Below are positions 27,185-36,938 of a stretch of DNA of 64,000 nt, in pieces. The stretch is from Gemmatimonadaceae bacterium. GTDB lineage: Bacteria > Gemmatimonadota > Gemmatimonadetes > Gemmatimonadales > Gemmatimonadaceae. A model generated the notes under the pieces. It ran no database searches, was not told where the DNA came from, and was given only the letters and a program-made list of their open reading frames with translations. The stretch covers positions 4,185 to 68,184 of the forward strand of contig JANMKU010000431.1 of the NCBI GenBank assembly GCA_031372205.1, written 5' to 3'. Made by a program: the position numbers and the translations under genes. Within the stretch, counting starts at the first letter, position 1, and each line of letters starts with the position of its first letter.

Positions 27185-28045
27185 TTACCGAACCGTGGCG
27201 AACGTGTCGCAGCGCTTGGGGTCGCCGTTGTCAAAGCCGCGTTTGAACCACGTGCGACGCTCCTCGGATGACCCGTGCGTGAACGACTCGCGATGTACTT
27301 GTCCTGTTGACATCTTCTGCAGGCGGTCATCCCCGACGGCCGACGCTGCGCCCAGCCCCTCTTCCAGGTCGCCCGCTTCGAGTTGCCCGGCTCGCGCCGC
27401 GCTGAACGCCCACACACCCGCGTAGCAGTCCGCCTGTAGCTCCATGGCGACCGACAGGCGATTGCGCATTGAAGGGTCTGACTGCTGTGCCTGTCGCAGC
27501 TTGCGCTCAGTGCCGAGCAAGTTTTGCACGTGATGGCCGATCTCGTGCGCGAGTACATAGGCCTGCGCGAAGTCGCCCGGTGCACCGAACTGTTTGTCGA
27601 GCTGGTCGAAAAAGGCGAGGTCGATGTACACCTTTTGGTCGCCCGGGCAGTAGAACGGACCAGACGCGGCTTCCGCGGTGCCACAGGCCGAGTTCACGGC
27701 ATCGCGAAACAGTACCAGCTTGGCGTCGGAGTACTGTGGAATGAGTCGATGCCACTGTGTCTGTGTGCTGTCGAGCACCATGGACACGAACTGGACCATC
27801 TGCTCCTCGCGGGGATCGTTGATAGGGGCCGCGGGCGCGCCCGACGCGGTCGGCATTCCTCCACCGCCGAGTCCCACAGCGCCGGACACCAGATCGCGCT
27901 TGAAGACCAGACTGAGCACGAGCAGGACGACAATGCCGCCCAGCCCGACGCGTCCGCCGCCGCCAAAACCTCGGCCGCCACCGCCGCCGGTTGAGCCGCG
28001 TTCGTCTTCGAGATTGTCGCTACGCCCGCCTGGAGTCCACCGCAT
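27185..28045 (-). CDS. ypfJ: YpfJ-family neutral zinc metallopeptidase
   Basis: Gly-rich N-terminus with a TM segment, 'FYCPGDQKVYID' and the HExxH site 'LAHEIGHHVQ'. Confidence 0.85.
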   Translation of the reverse strand: MRWTPGGRSDNLEDERGSTGGGGGRGFGGGGRVGLGGIVVLLVLSLVFKRDLVSGAVGLGGGGMPTASGAPAAPINDPREEQMVQFVSMVLDSTQTQWHRLIPQYSDAKLVLFRDAVNSACGTAEAASGPFYCPGDQKVYIDLAFFDQLDKQFGAPGDFAQAYVLAHEIGHHVQNLLGTERKLRQAQQSDPSMRNRLSVAMELQADCYAGVWAFSAARAGQLEAGDLEEGLGAASAVGDDRLQKMSTGQVHRESFTHGSSEERRTWFKRGFDNGDPKRCDTFATVR

Positions 28046-28072
28046 GTCGCCGTCTGGAGTAAGAGTGTGTGA

Positions 28073-30142
28073 TCACTTCATCGTGGTCGCAGGGTGCAGC
28101 GACAAGAATTCGTAGTCATCGACGCCGACCGCTTTGAGCCACGCGACGACTTCGACGATGCGCTGTGGAAGATAGTACCCCCGGCCGCCGCGGATACGTC
28201 GCACAAGATGCACCTCGCGCCCCTCCTGCGTCCACGTCGACTCGTAGGATCCGAAGAACGCCGTCGCCGAAACGTTTTTGGGGAGGTCTGCTTTCCAGCC
28301 GACTGGCAAGGTGATCCGGACGTCGGTTACCGACATGGACGGGGACAGGAGCTGGGCCGCGTCGATGGGGAACACCCGGCCCGGCCGCGTCTCGAGGTCA
28401 CGCGCGAGATTGCGAAACGAGCGCGCGACACCGCGAAGTGTCGGACTGAGCGTAAACAATCGGGTGTCACCGACCACTTTGAGCGTCCCGTCGGCCATAA
28501 GCCGGTACGACATCTGCGCCGGCACGTTGAAATCCCGACCGCTCGACGTGACAACCGAATCCACAGTGGCGTCGGAGGGAAAGAATCGCAGGGCGAGCCC
28601 TTTGCTCAGCGTTTCGCGGCGCGTCGAGTCGAGTGGCGTCGCGAACGCCATGCGGAGCTGGTAGGACGAGACGCCGCCTGCGCTCTCTGTGACGTGCCCG
28701 AGTACCCGACCGGCGGTGTCGACGCTCAAACTGACGGTGAGCGCACTCGTGTTCTCATCAACCGGCGCCATGGGAAAGGTGATCTCTTGCGCACTGCCAT
28801 CCGGGTTGACGATGACGCCCAGTGCGCCCTGGTAGGGGTCAGGAATCTCCCCGTATGGGACGGCGTCGGCGGTGAGATCGGTGTACGTCCACCCTGCCCC
28901 GTCACGCACCGCTGCAATAGCGTGATTGAATTGGAAGATCGACGGCATTGATCGGTCGGGGCGGCCGCCGAGCGCAAGCAACACCGGATTGGCGTCGATG
29001 CGATAGCGCCGGAGTGTCGCCACAAACAGTGTCGCCTTGTCTTTGCAGTCGCCGAACCCTGTACTGAGCACCTCACTCGGTGATCGCGGTTGATAACCAC
29101 CGATGCCCAGTGCGACGGAGACGTACCGAATGTCTTGCGTGACCCAGCGATGGATGGCGCGTATGGTATCGAGTCGCGAGCGCGCGCCACTCGCCCGCAC
29201 GAGGGAGTCGACACGTTTTGCAACGTCAAGGTTGACGACATACCGATCGCGCGCCAATCCGTCGTACCATCGCGCGAGGTCACTCCATGTGCCAGGCGCG
29301 GACACCGTCACGGTCATCACGACATCGTTCGAATCCGCAGCGAATGGCTCCGGCCGCATGCCCTGCAGCGCCTCTGCGGACCACGTGAGCAAGCGTCGTC
29401 CGTCGACCGTGATGTCGGTGCGGGGGACCCTGATGTTGCGTTCGGCGATACGCGGGGAGAACCCGACGGGGATGTCGAGCGTGAAGCGCGATTGCACTGT
29501 TGGCGTGGTGCTGTTCAACGTGCGGCGCAGAAAGAAATCACCAGCCCGCGGTGGCGCGGATTCTTCGAGCGACCAGGCGATGTCGACGATTGTCCCAACC
29601 GCGATGCCCGAGAGCGACAGTCGGCGCACACGCTGATCCTGATACACCGGGTTCGCCATGGCGGCGGGAAGATCTGACTCTTGCTCCTGCGCGGCTTTAT
29701 CGCTGACCACCTCGCCGTTTGGTTTGAGCACGCGCACCCAATGCACGGTGAGCGTCTGATGCGCCTTTGCGTACCCGAAGGCGCGCTCGGCGAGGCCCCG
29801 CACGGCACCATCGTTGAGGACCTGCACCACCTGACGCGAACGCATAATGCCGCGACCGTCGGGCTCAACGCGATACGAGCCTTCGTCGAGCAGGACGACA
29901 ACCGGCCGGTCCTTGAATCCAGCCGGATCAACGGCGCGACGCACAATGCTGTCCGAGGGCGCCGCTGTTCGTTGCGCAGCGGCGGTGTGCGCGACGAACA
30001 CGAGAACGAGTATACAGAGCGCGGTGGCCCACGATGCGACAAGCGTAGCGTATCGCGTAGCGTATCGCGTAATGCTTCGCATCGCGTATCGCATAGCGTA
30101 CTGCGATTGGCCGCACACGTGGAGTTCAACGGACGGTGACAT
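28073..30142 (-). CDS. DUF3857/transglutaminase-like cysteine protease-fold protein
   Basis: 'GFGDCKDKATLFVATL' is the transglutaminase-core Cys motif. The N-terminal hydrophobic signal is 'LVASWATALCILVLVFVAHTAAAQ'. Start is uncertain: GTG 30169, or ATG 30142, 30094 or 30082. Confidence 0.8.
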   Translation of the reverse strand: MSPSVELHVCGQSQYAMRYAMRSITRYATRYATLVASWATALCILVLVFVAHTAAAQRTAAPSDSIVRRAVDPAGFKDRPVVVLLDEGSYRVEPDGRGIMRSRQVVQVLNDGAVRGLAERAFGYAKAHQTLTVHWVRVLKPNGEVVSDKAAQEQESDLPAAMANPVYQDQRVRRLSLSGIAVGTIVDIAWSLEESAPPRAGDFFLRRTLNSTTPTVQSRFTLDIPVGFSPRIAERNIRVPRTDITVDGRRLLTWSAEALQGMRPEPFAADSNDVVMTVTVSAPGTWSDLARWYDGLARDRYVVNLDVAKRVDSLVRASGARSRLDTIRAIHRWVTQDIRYVSVALGIGGYQPRSPSEVLSTGFGDCKDKATLFVATLRRYRIDANPVLLALGGRPDRSMPSIFQFNHAIAAVRDGAGWTYTDLTADAVPYGEIPDPYQGALGVIVNPDGSAQEITFPMAPVDENTSALTVSLSVDTAGRVLGHVTESAGGVSSYQLRMAFATPLDSTRRETLSKGLALRFFPSDATVDSVVTSSGRDFNVPAQMSYRLMADGTLKVVGDTRLFTLSPTLRGVARSFRNLARDLETRPGRVFPIDAAQLLSPSMSVTDVRITLPVGWKADLPKNVSATAFFGSYESTWTQEGREVHLVRRIRGGRGYYLPQRIVEVVAWLKAVGVDDYEFLSLHPATTMK
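30046..30105. repeat. five degenerate 12-bp tandem repeats at the 5' end of the transglutaminase-like gene
   Basis: TAGCGTATCGCG x2, then TAATGCTTCGCA, TCGCGTATCGCA and TAGCGTACTGCG. In frame on the minus strand they encode (R-Y-A-T/M)n, as in 'MRYAMRSITRYATRYAT'. Confidence 0.85.
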
Positions 30143-30266
30143 CGACGACCTATACGAGACTGGCGGCACCGCAGCCGGGATCGACTACGACCTGAATGGT
30201 GCGCGATGGACGCCCGGTTCGCGAGTCCATCAGCCCGTGTCCAGTCGCCGACCACGGCTGTGCGCG

Positions 30267-30749
30267 TTACGCCGCGTGGGCGTCCTCGCGAGCGAACGCC
30301 AGACTGACCGCGCGACGTGCGCCGCGTTTGAGTGCTCGGTGCACCGACCGCGCGTAGCGAACGAAATTGGCGCCGGCCCACGGATGGCGTGCGAAGAACT
30401 CGAAGGGAATGAGTTCGCCCTTGAGTCGATTGCACGGTCCACAGGCCACCACGAGGTTTCCCGGGTCATGCGCGCCACCGCGCGCGCGCGGCACGACATG
30501 GTCCAGTGTGGCCGTCCGTTGATCAAGGCGGGTGGCGCAGTACACACACCGTTGGCCGCAGTCTCGCAGCGCCACTTGTCGGATGGCGCGTTTGTGCGCC
30601 GCGTGCGCGACGCGGCTGGCCCGCGAAAGCAGATGCCGAGGACCGCGACAGTCGGCATCGCCGCGATCCCCGCGCCCGCGGGTGGTCGAGCCATTTGCGC
30701 GTTGACTGTCGACGCTGCGTGCAAGTCGAAGACTCAGGCGTCTGGACAT
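30267..30749 (-). CDS. HNH endonuclease family protein
   Basis: 'CVYC...LDHVVPRARGGAHDPGNLVVACGPCNRLK' is the HNH motif. The ATG at 30749 is the second codon of the ORF, which starts with TTG at 30752. Confidence 0.8.
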   Translation of the reverse strand: MSRRLSLRLARSVDSQRANGSTTRGRGDRGDADCRGPRHLLSRASRVAHAAHKRAIRQVALRDCGQRCVYCATRLDQRTATLDHVVPRARGGAHDPGNLVVACGPCNRLKGELIPFEFFARHPWAGANFVRYARSVHRALKRGARRAVSLAFAREDAHAA

Positions 30750-30776
30750 CAATCACACCTTCCCACAAACGACACC

Positions 30777-30810
30777 GCCCCGACTGAGGTGAAATTCCTC
30801 ATGTCGGGGC
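30777..30810. other. 13-bp-stem hairpin between the HIT and HNH genes
   Basis: GCCCCGACTGAGG-tgaaatt-CCTCA(t)GTCGGGGC has one bulged T. It lies 28 nt upstream of the HNH start and has no U-tract on either strand. Confidence 0.4.
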
Positions 30811-31009
30811 GACAGGTGACGAAACGGTGGTCGAAGTTCAAGCGCATCGTCCTCCAGAACGTACTGGGTGAAGAGGGCGCAGTGAGATGTGCAACACTCG
30901 GTACGAGCGTCAGCAACCTCCGGACGGCGCGTGTACGCCATCACAAATGCAGGATAGAACGCCGGTCAGCCTGCGGTCAAGAGCCTTGTGCACGCCGCTG
31001 CAGTTGGCG

Positions 31010-31474
31010 CTACGCTTTCATACCACCGTCGCGGAGCGGGTCGCGCAACATGCTGCCGATGCGTGCGGCCATCGCGTCGAGTTGTTGACGGTTGGGCATT
31101 GTTGAGCCGGGAAATGGCAGTGGGACATCGAAGCCATCCCCTTCGCGGCGCGGGATGAGATGGATGTGGTAGTGCATGACGTTCTGTCCTGCCGCCGCAC
31201 CGGAGTTGACGACGATGTTCATGTCGGTCGCGCCGGACGCGGTTTGCACGAACGGGATCAACTTGGTGGCGACTTTGTACAGATGCGCGCCGACGTCGCC
31301 GGGGATGTCCTGCAGCGTCTCGTAGTGCGCACGAGGTACCACCAGGACATGGCCTGGGTTGACTGGCTGAATGTCAAGGAATGCGATCGCCGTCGCATCT
31401 TCGTAACAAATGGACACCTCAGCGGCGCCACGCATCAGGTCGCAAAAGATGCAGTGGATCGTGGATGGCGTCAT
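31010..31474 (-). CDS. HIT (histidine triad) family protein
   Basis: 'IHCIFCDL...' N-terminus, 'NPGHVLVVPRAH' and the histidine triad 'HYHIHLIPR'. Confidence 0.85.
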   Translation of the reverse strand: MTPSTIHCIFCDLMRGAAEVSICYEDATAIAFLDIQPVNPGHVLVVPRAHYETLQDIPGDVGAHLYKVATKLIPFVQTASGATDMNIVVNSGAAAGQNVMHYHIHLIPRREGDGFDVPLPFPGSTMPNRQQLDAMAARIGSMLRDPLRDGGMKA

Positions 31475-31568
31475 CGGAGCGGTTGGGGCATGCATGGCGT
31501 TGTCGACTCGTGCGAGGGCGAAGGACCGACGCGAGGTGGGCGCGATTGTCTGCTAGAATACTCCCAAA

Positions 31569-31618
31569 GGATATTCCCAAGGATATTCCTAAGCGATGTG
31601 CCTGCAGGATGTTCCCAA
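31569..31618. promoter_or_regulatory. three direct 12-bp boxes upstream of the fused E1 dehydrogenase gene
   Basis: GGATATTCCCAA (31569), GGATATTCCTAA (31581) and GGATGTTCCCAA (31607). They sit in the divergent HIT/E1 intergenic region. Confidence 0.3.
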
Positions 31619-31745
31619 CGGACGCACGGCGTGTCAACGCGTCACCCGGCCACTGGGTTTCCTCTCGCATTTTGCAAGTGGCTAGCTGGCGGGCTGGCAG
31701 CGAGTAGCTTTCGCAGGTCGTCCTCCTTCCCCACGTCCCGCTCCG

Positions 31746-33866
31746 ATGGCCATTTCGACACGTCCGACCCGCGCGCCTGCGGTCACCGCGCCGCCCTTGT
31801 CTCAGGAGCAACTCCTGCGCGCGTATGGCGTCATGTACCTCTCGCGTCGCATCGACGACAAAGAGATTCAGCTCAAGCGGCAGAACAAGATCTACTTCCA
31901 GATTTCTGGCGCCGGACACGAGGCGATCCTCATCGCGGCAGGATTCCTGCTGCGGCCGTCGCACGACTGGTTCTACACCTACTATCGCGACCGGGCGCTG
32001 TGTCTGATGCTGGGCATGACGGTCAACGAGATGCTCTACAGTGCGGTTGGTGCGGCGATTGATCCGAATTCCGGCGGGCGCCAAATGCCGAGCCACTGGG
32101 GGCACAAGGCGCTCAACATCGCGTCGGGATCGTCGCCGACCGGCACGCAATTCCTGCAGGCCGTCGGCTCAGCGGAAGCCACGATGCGTGCGGCCAAACT
32201 CGGCGTCACCGAGGGGTTTGCCAGCGATGAAGTGACGCTCGTGACCACGGGTGACGGTACCACCAGTCAGGGCGAATTCTGGGAGTCGCTCAACACGGCG
32301 TGCAATCTCAAACTGCCGATCGTCTATCTGGTCGAAGACAATGGCTATGCGATCTCGGTTCCGGTGGAAGTGAACACGGCCGGCGGTTCGATTTCCAAGT
32401 TGGTGGCGTCGTTTCCAGGGCTCTATATCCAAGAAGTGGACGGCTGCGACTTGCTGGCGTCGTACGAGGTGATGGCGCGTGCGATCGCGTACGCGCGTGA
32501 GCGGAAGGGCCCCGCATTCGTGCATGCGAAAGTGATTCGTCCGTACTCGCATTCGTTGTCCGACGACGAAGTGTTCTATCGTCCGAAGGAAGAGCGCGAT
32601 GCCGATGCGGTGCGTGATCCGCTCGTGACATTCCCCAAGTTTCTTGTGCGCGAAGGCATGGCCACCGCAGCCGAACTGGAAGCCATGCGTGAGTCAATCG
32701 ATGCGGAAGTCCTGGCCGCGACCGACGATGCACTTGCGCAGGCCTTGCCCAATGCCGACACCGTGCACTACGCGGTGTACTCGCCGGATGTCGATCCGTG
32801 TGCACAGTCGTTTGATACAGAAGACGATCCGCAGTTCACGGGCCAGCCGACCACCATGGTGGATTTGCTCAACGCGTGCATGAAGGACGAGATGGCGCGC
32901 GACGATCGCATTCTGGTGTTCGGCGAAGATGTCGCTGACGTATCGCGCGAAGAACAGCTCGGCAAGGTGAAGGGGAAAGGCGGTGTGTTTAAAGTCACGT
33001 GGGGGTTGCAGAAACAGTTTGGCAGCACGCGCGTGTACAACTCGCCACTGGCCGAAGCGAACATCATTGGCCGGGCGATTGGGTTGGCGCATCGCGGATT
33101 CAAGCCGGTCGTTGAAATTCAGTTCTTTGATTACATCTGGCCGGCGTACATGCAGATTCGCGACGAGCTCGCGATCATGCGGTGGCGCTCCAACAACGCG
33201 TTCAGCGCACCGGTGGTGATTCGTACCACGTACGGCGGCTACATCCGCGGCGCGCCGTATCATTCGCAAACGGGCGCGTCGTTGTTCACGCACTGTCCTG
33301 GCCTGCGCGTGGTGTGCCCCAGCACTGCACTCGACGCGAACGGATTGCTGCGCACGGCCATCCGTTGCGAGGACCCGGTGCTCTTTCTTGAGCACAAGCA
33401 TCTGTACCGGCAGACGTACAACAAGGCGCAGAACCCCGGCCAGAACTTCATGATTCCGTTTGGCAAAGCGCGAACGGTTCGCGAGGGCACGGACATTACA
33501 CTGGTGACGTACGGCGCGACGGTGCAGCGCGCGTTGGTGGCGGCCAACCAGATCGCGGACGAAGGTGGGCCGTCGGTTGAGGTGATCGACTTGCGCACAC
33601 TGTCACCATGGGACCAGGAGACGGTGTACAACAGCGTCAAGCGCACGGGGCGTGTGATTGTCGCGTACGAGGACGCGATGTCGTGGGGATACGGTGCCGA
33701 GATTGCGGCGCGGATTGCCGATGACTGCTTTGCGTGGCTTGATGCGCCGGTCAAACGGGTGGCGAGTACCGATACGTTTGTTGGCTACGCACCGACGCTT
33801 GAGGATGCGATTCTGCCGCAGGTGGAAACATTCCGTACGGCGTACACTGACTTGATGCGCTACTGA
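31746..33866 (+). CDS. 2-oxoacid (branched-chain/pyruvate-type) dehydrogenase E1 component, fused alpha+beta subunits
   Basis: The N-terminal half has the TPP motif '[15 protein letters not shown]'. The C-terminal half is transketolase-like E1-beta ('VFGEDVADV', '[12 protein letters not shown]', 'IRTTYGG'). Total length is 706 aa. Confidence 0.9.
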   Translation: MAISTRPTRAPAVTAPPLSQEQLLRAYGVMYLSRRIDDKEIQLKRQNKIYFQISGAGHEAILIAAGFLLRPSHDWFYTYYRDRALCLMLGMTVNEMLYSAVGAAIDPNSGGRQMPSHWGHKALNIASGSSPTGTQFLQAVGSAEATMRAAKLGVTEGFASDEVTLVTTGDGTTSQGEFWESLNTACNLKLPIVYLVEDNGYAISVPVEVNTAGGSISKLVASFPGLYIQEVDGCDLLASYEVMARAIAYARERKGPAFVHAKVIRPYSHSLSDDEVFYRPKEERDADAVRDPLVTFPKFLVREGMATAAELEAMRESIDAEVLAATDDALAQALPNADTVHYAVYSPDVDPCAQSFDTEDDPQFTGQPTTMVDLLNACMKDEMARDDRILVFGEDVADVSREEQLGKVKGKGGVFKVTWGLQKQFGSTRVYNSPLAEANIIGRAIGLAHRGFKPVVEIQFFDYIWPAYMQIRDELAIMRWRSNNAFSAPVVIRTTYGGYIRGAPYHSQTGASLFTHCPGLRVVCPSTALDANGLLRTAIRCEDPVLFLEHKHLYRQTYNKAQNPGQNFMIPFGKARTVREGTDITLVTYGATVQRALVAANQIADEGGPSVEVIDLRTLSPWDQETVYNSVKRTGRVIVAYEDAMSWGYGAEIAARIADDCFAWLDAPVKRVASTDTFVGYAPTLEDAILPQVETFRTAYTDLMRY

Positions 33867-35443
33867 TGCGCGGCGTACTCGGTGTCGTCGCGTTGGTGGT
33901 GTTGACCACGGGCGCCGCGGTGCCGGGCGCGTACGCACAACCGGTCGCGGTGGACGTATTGCTGCGCGGCGGACGGGTCGTTGATGGTTCCGGCGCCGCG
34001 GTGCGCGTAACGGACGTGGGGCTGCGTGGCGATCGCATTGTGTTTGTTGGCGACGCGAAGGCGCGGGGCGTGGTGGCAACGCGCACGGTGGATGCCGCGG
34101 GGCTGGTTGTATCGCCGGGGTTCATCGATCCGCACGCGCACGTGCTGGTGGACTTGCAGCAGCCGTCAACGAGTCGTCTTGATGGCTACCTGATGCAGGG
34201 CGTGACGACGGTGCTCACGGGCAATGACGGCGGCGGTCCGGTGAATGTTGGGGCTGCGCTCGCGACATGGACGCGAAACGGGATCGGGCCAAACGCTGGG
34301 TTGTTTGTCGGGCAAGGGTCGTTGCGCGGCACGGTGGTTGGTCGCGGTGCACAGGCGGCGACGCCAACGCAGATCGATTCGATGCGCGCGCTGGTGCGGC
34401 GGGCCATGCGCGAGGGTGCGATTGGCATGTCGTCCGGATTGTTCTACGCACCGGGAAGTTTCGCCACGACCGACGAAGTGATTGCGCTGGCCAAAGAGCT
34501 CAAGCCGTTTGGCGGCGTGTACGACACGCATCAACGCGACGAAAGTTCGTACGACATTGGGTTGCTCGCGTCCACGCGCGAAGCGATGCGCGTTGGGAAG
34601 GAGGCCGGCATCACGCTCAACATTTCGCACATCAAGGCGCTTGGTGTTGATGTATGGGGCCGATCGGATTCGTTGATCGCGATGATCCGTGCGGCGCGGG
34701 CGCGCGGCGACAAGGTATTTGCCGATCAGTATCCGTACACGGCGTCCGGCACTGCGCTCACGCCGGCGTTGGTGCCGCGGTGGGCTGAGGACGGCGGTAA
34801 TGGCGCGCTACTCGCGCGGTTCGCCAACGACACGCTATTGCCGCGGTTACGGCGCGAGATGGAGGACAACATGCGACGGCGTGGTGGTGCGGCGGCGTTG
34901 CTGCTCACGTCGTCGCGCGATAAGGTACTCACCGGGCTCACGCTCGCGCAGGTCGCCGAGCGCATGAAGACCGATCCGATCTCGGCGGCGATTGCCGTGA
35001 TCAAGAACGGCGGCGCGGGGATTGCGTCGTTCAACATGAAGCCGAGCGATATTGACGCGCTGATGAAAGAGCCGTGGGTGATGACGGGGTCCGACGGCAG
35101 CGATGGCCATCCGCGCAAGTACGGCACGTTCCCGAAGAAGCTGCGCGAGTATGTGTTCGACCGCCCGGTGATCACGCTGGAGGCGATGGTGCGGCAGTCG
35201 TGTGCGTTGCCGGCTGAGGTGTTTGGCTTGACGGATCGCGGTGTGCTCCAGGTGGGGGCGTTTGCCGATGTGATTGTGTTCGATGCGAAGACGGTGAAGG
35301 ACCGGTCGACGTATTTGGAGCCGACACTGCTCGCGACGGGCATGCGATACGTCTTTGTGAACGGGGTTGCGGTGGTGGAGGAGGGACAGCCGACGAAGGC
35401 GACGCCGGGGAAAGCGCTTAAGGGAGCGAAGGCAGGATACTGA
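33866..35443 (+). CDS. N-acyl-D-amino-acid deacylase (D-aminoacylase) family amidohydrolase, signal peptide
   Basis: 'SPGFIDPHAH', 'GVYDTHQRDE', 'NISHIKA' and 'FADQYPYTASG' match the family. The N-terminal signal is 'VVALVVLTTGAAVPGAYAQ'. TGATG overlap with the E1 stop. Confidence 0.85.
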   Translation: MRGVLGVVALVVLTTGAAVPGAYAQPVAVDVLLRGGRVVDGSGAAVRVTDVGLRGDRIVFVGDAKARGVVATRTVDAAGLVVSPGFIDPHAHVLVDLQQPSTSRLDGYLMQGVTTVLTGNDGGGPVNVGAALATWTRNGIGPNAGLFVGQGSLRGTVVGRGAQAATPTQIDSMRALVRRAMREGAIGMSSGLFYAPGSFATTDEVIALAKELKPFGGVYDTHQRDESSYDIGLLASTREAMRVGKEAGITLNISHIKALGVDVWGRSDSLIAMIRAARARGDKVFADQYPYTASGTALTPALVPRWAEDGGNGALLARFANDTLLPRLRREMEDNMRRRGGAAALLLTSSRDKVLTGLTLAQVAERMKTDPISAAIAVIKNGGAGIASFNMKPSDIDALMKEPWVMTGSDGSDGHPRKYGTFPKKLREYVFDRPVITLEAMVRQSCALPAEVFGLTDRGVLQVGAFADVIVFDAKTVKDRSTYLEPTLLATGMRYVFVNGVAVVEEGQPTKATPGKALKGAKAGY

Positions 35444-36938
35444 GCGCGCGTTCGGCGGATACGCGATTGCTGGCGATCAGGTTCCAGCGAACGATCTGGA
35501 CGCGCGCCAGATCCAACGGTGGTTTGCGATGCGCCTGCAACGAGTCTGCCCGTGGCATATCAATCGTTACCTGGTGTCCAAATTTCATCGCGAGTGGCAG
35601 GACCAAAAAATCATTGCCAATGCGGCGGTGATCGAGTCGGAGCGGGACCGTGTCCGCGCTCGCTGGCCACACCAGTCGCGTAGAGTATACGGTCGATCCT
35701 TCAGCCGCAGGGATGCTGCGCAGCCGTCGCGTACTCATCGGTGCGTCGATCTCCAGGCGCAGACGCGATGGATACTCCACCACTCGGCTCACATGTATCC
35801 GCGTGCGTCCGTCATGCAGGACGGTATCGGCGGTCGGGCGCATCGATGCGAGCAACGCCGGTGCACGCTCTTCCACTGATCCGAGCACACGAACGTGGCG
35901 AATGTTGCCGCCAAGACTGTCCTGTTGAACCAATGTGAAGCGGAAGAAGTGCGTGGATCGTGACGTGCTCACCGTTGATTGAGGAGCACCCGTTGATCGC
36001 ACCGATGACGGCACAGCGGAGAGTCCGTACAGCGGGAAGGTCATTGTGTGTCCATTCAATCCATCGACCCGTATCGAGTCCGGTCGGAATACGTATCCGT
36101 GTTCCTGGTTTGTCCCGGACGTGGTCACACCAATCGTGAGCGCCGCACCGGGGTCAAGCCACGCGAGCGAGCCCTCCTCGACGATAGCATTCACGGATTG
36201 TCCCGTGCTTTCGCCGACGGTCTGTGCCAACGGTTCCGTCTTCGTCACGAGGATTGCCCAGGCGCTTGCGGCGAGCAGTGCAGTCGTTGCAGCCAGCCAG
36301 CGACGACCTGTGGCACGGGACCGATAGACGACGATGAGGAGGATCGCGATGCCGCCAAGCGCAGCAAGATCGAGCGCCGTTGTTGTCGCTGCGTCCATCG
36401 AGCGGGACCATGCTGGCAACCCATCGCGCCATGACGCAAGGCTCACAATCGCCAGTGGCACGCCAAACATCACACCAAGAAACGAGGACGTGCGGCTCGT
36501 GAGCGAGGCGACGAGCATCGCAGCGACCAACACGCCACTCGCGAACAAAAATGGTGGCAGCAGCAGCGACACGAGCTCACTCGCGCTAAGTGAATAGCCT
36601 CGCAGAACAATCGTCAGCCCAACCAATGGCACCACCACCAGCACACCGAACACGACGCACAACTTGGCCGACAGTAGAGCCAATGGTTGAATCGGTCGAC
36701 TGGCCCAGAATGCGAGACTGTTTCCTGGGGTATCGGACTGCACAATGAGTGCCGCGATAAGTACACCAACCACCCACAGCGCGGGTGCCGCGACGGCACG
36801 CGGGCCACTGTCTAACGTCAGCGATTGCGTTGCCGCAAGCGTCACGGCGATCGTCAGGATCGTGTAGCCGACCAGCCACCAGCGGAATTGCGTGACGTCT
36901 TTTCGCACGAGGTGTGCGACTTGCCCAATGGTCGTCAT
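35418..36938 (-). CDS. ABC-2-type multi-pass membrane protein with large C-terminal extracytoplasmic domain
   Basis: About six hydrophobic helices in the first ~230 aa, then a ~270-aa soluble region. The start shares an ATGA overlap with the upstream ATPase stop. Confidence 0.7.
   Translation of the reverse strand: MTTIGQVAHLVRKDVTQFRWWLVGYTILTIAVTLAATQSLTLDSGPRAVAAPALWVVGVLIAALIVQSDTPGNSLAFWASRPIQPLALLSAKLCVVFGVLVVVPLVGLTIVLRGYSLSASELVSLLLPPFLFASGVLVAAMLVASLTSRTSSFLGVMFGVPLAIVSLASWRDGLPAWSRSMDAATTTALDLAALGGIAILLIVVYRSRATGRRWLAATTALLAASAWAILVTKTEPLAQTVGESTGQSVNAIVEEGSLAWLDPGAALTIGVTTSGTNQEHGYVFRPDSIRVDGLNGHTMTFPLYGLSAVPSSVRSTGAPQSTVSTSRSTHFFRFTLVQQDSLGGNIRHVRVLGSVEERAPALLASMRPTADTVLHDGRTRIHVSRVVEYPSRLRLEIDAPMSTRRLRSIPAAEGSTVYSTRLVWPASADTVPLRLDHRRIGNDFLVLPLAMKFGHQVTIDMPRADSLQAHRKPPLDLARVQIVRWNLIASNRVSAERALSILPSLP

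Noticed and set aside
30046-30105. possible CRISPR-like array
   Set aside because: The repeats are only 12 bp long, contiguous with no spacers, and inside a coding region. This is a simple tandem repeat.
30753-30944. 63-aa minus-strand ORF between HIT and HNH
   Set aside because: Its third-position G+C is about 60% against about 80-90% in neighbouring genes. It has no RBS or motif and is occupied by a strong hairpin. I kept it only as context for the intergenic finding.
29847-31088. 413-aa plus-strand ORF
   Set aside because: It runs antisense across three well-supported minus-strand genes (transglutaminase-like, HNH and HIT). A single real gene could not coexist with all three.
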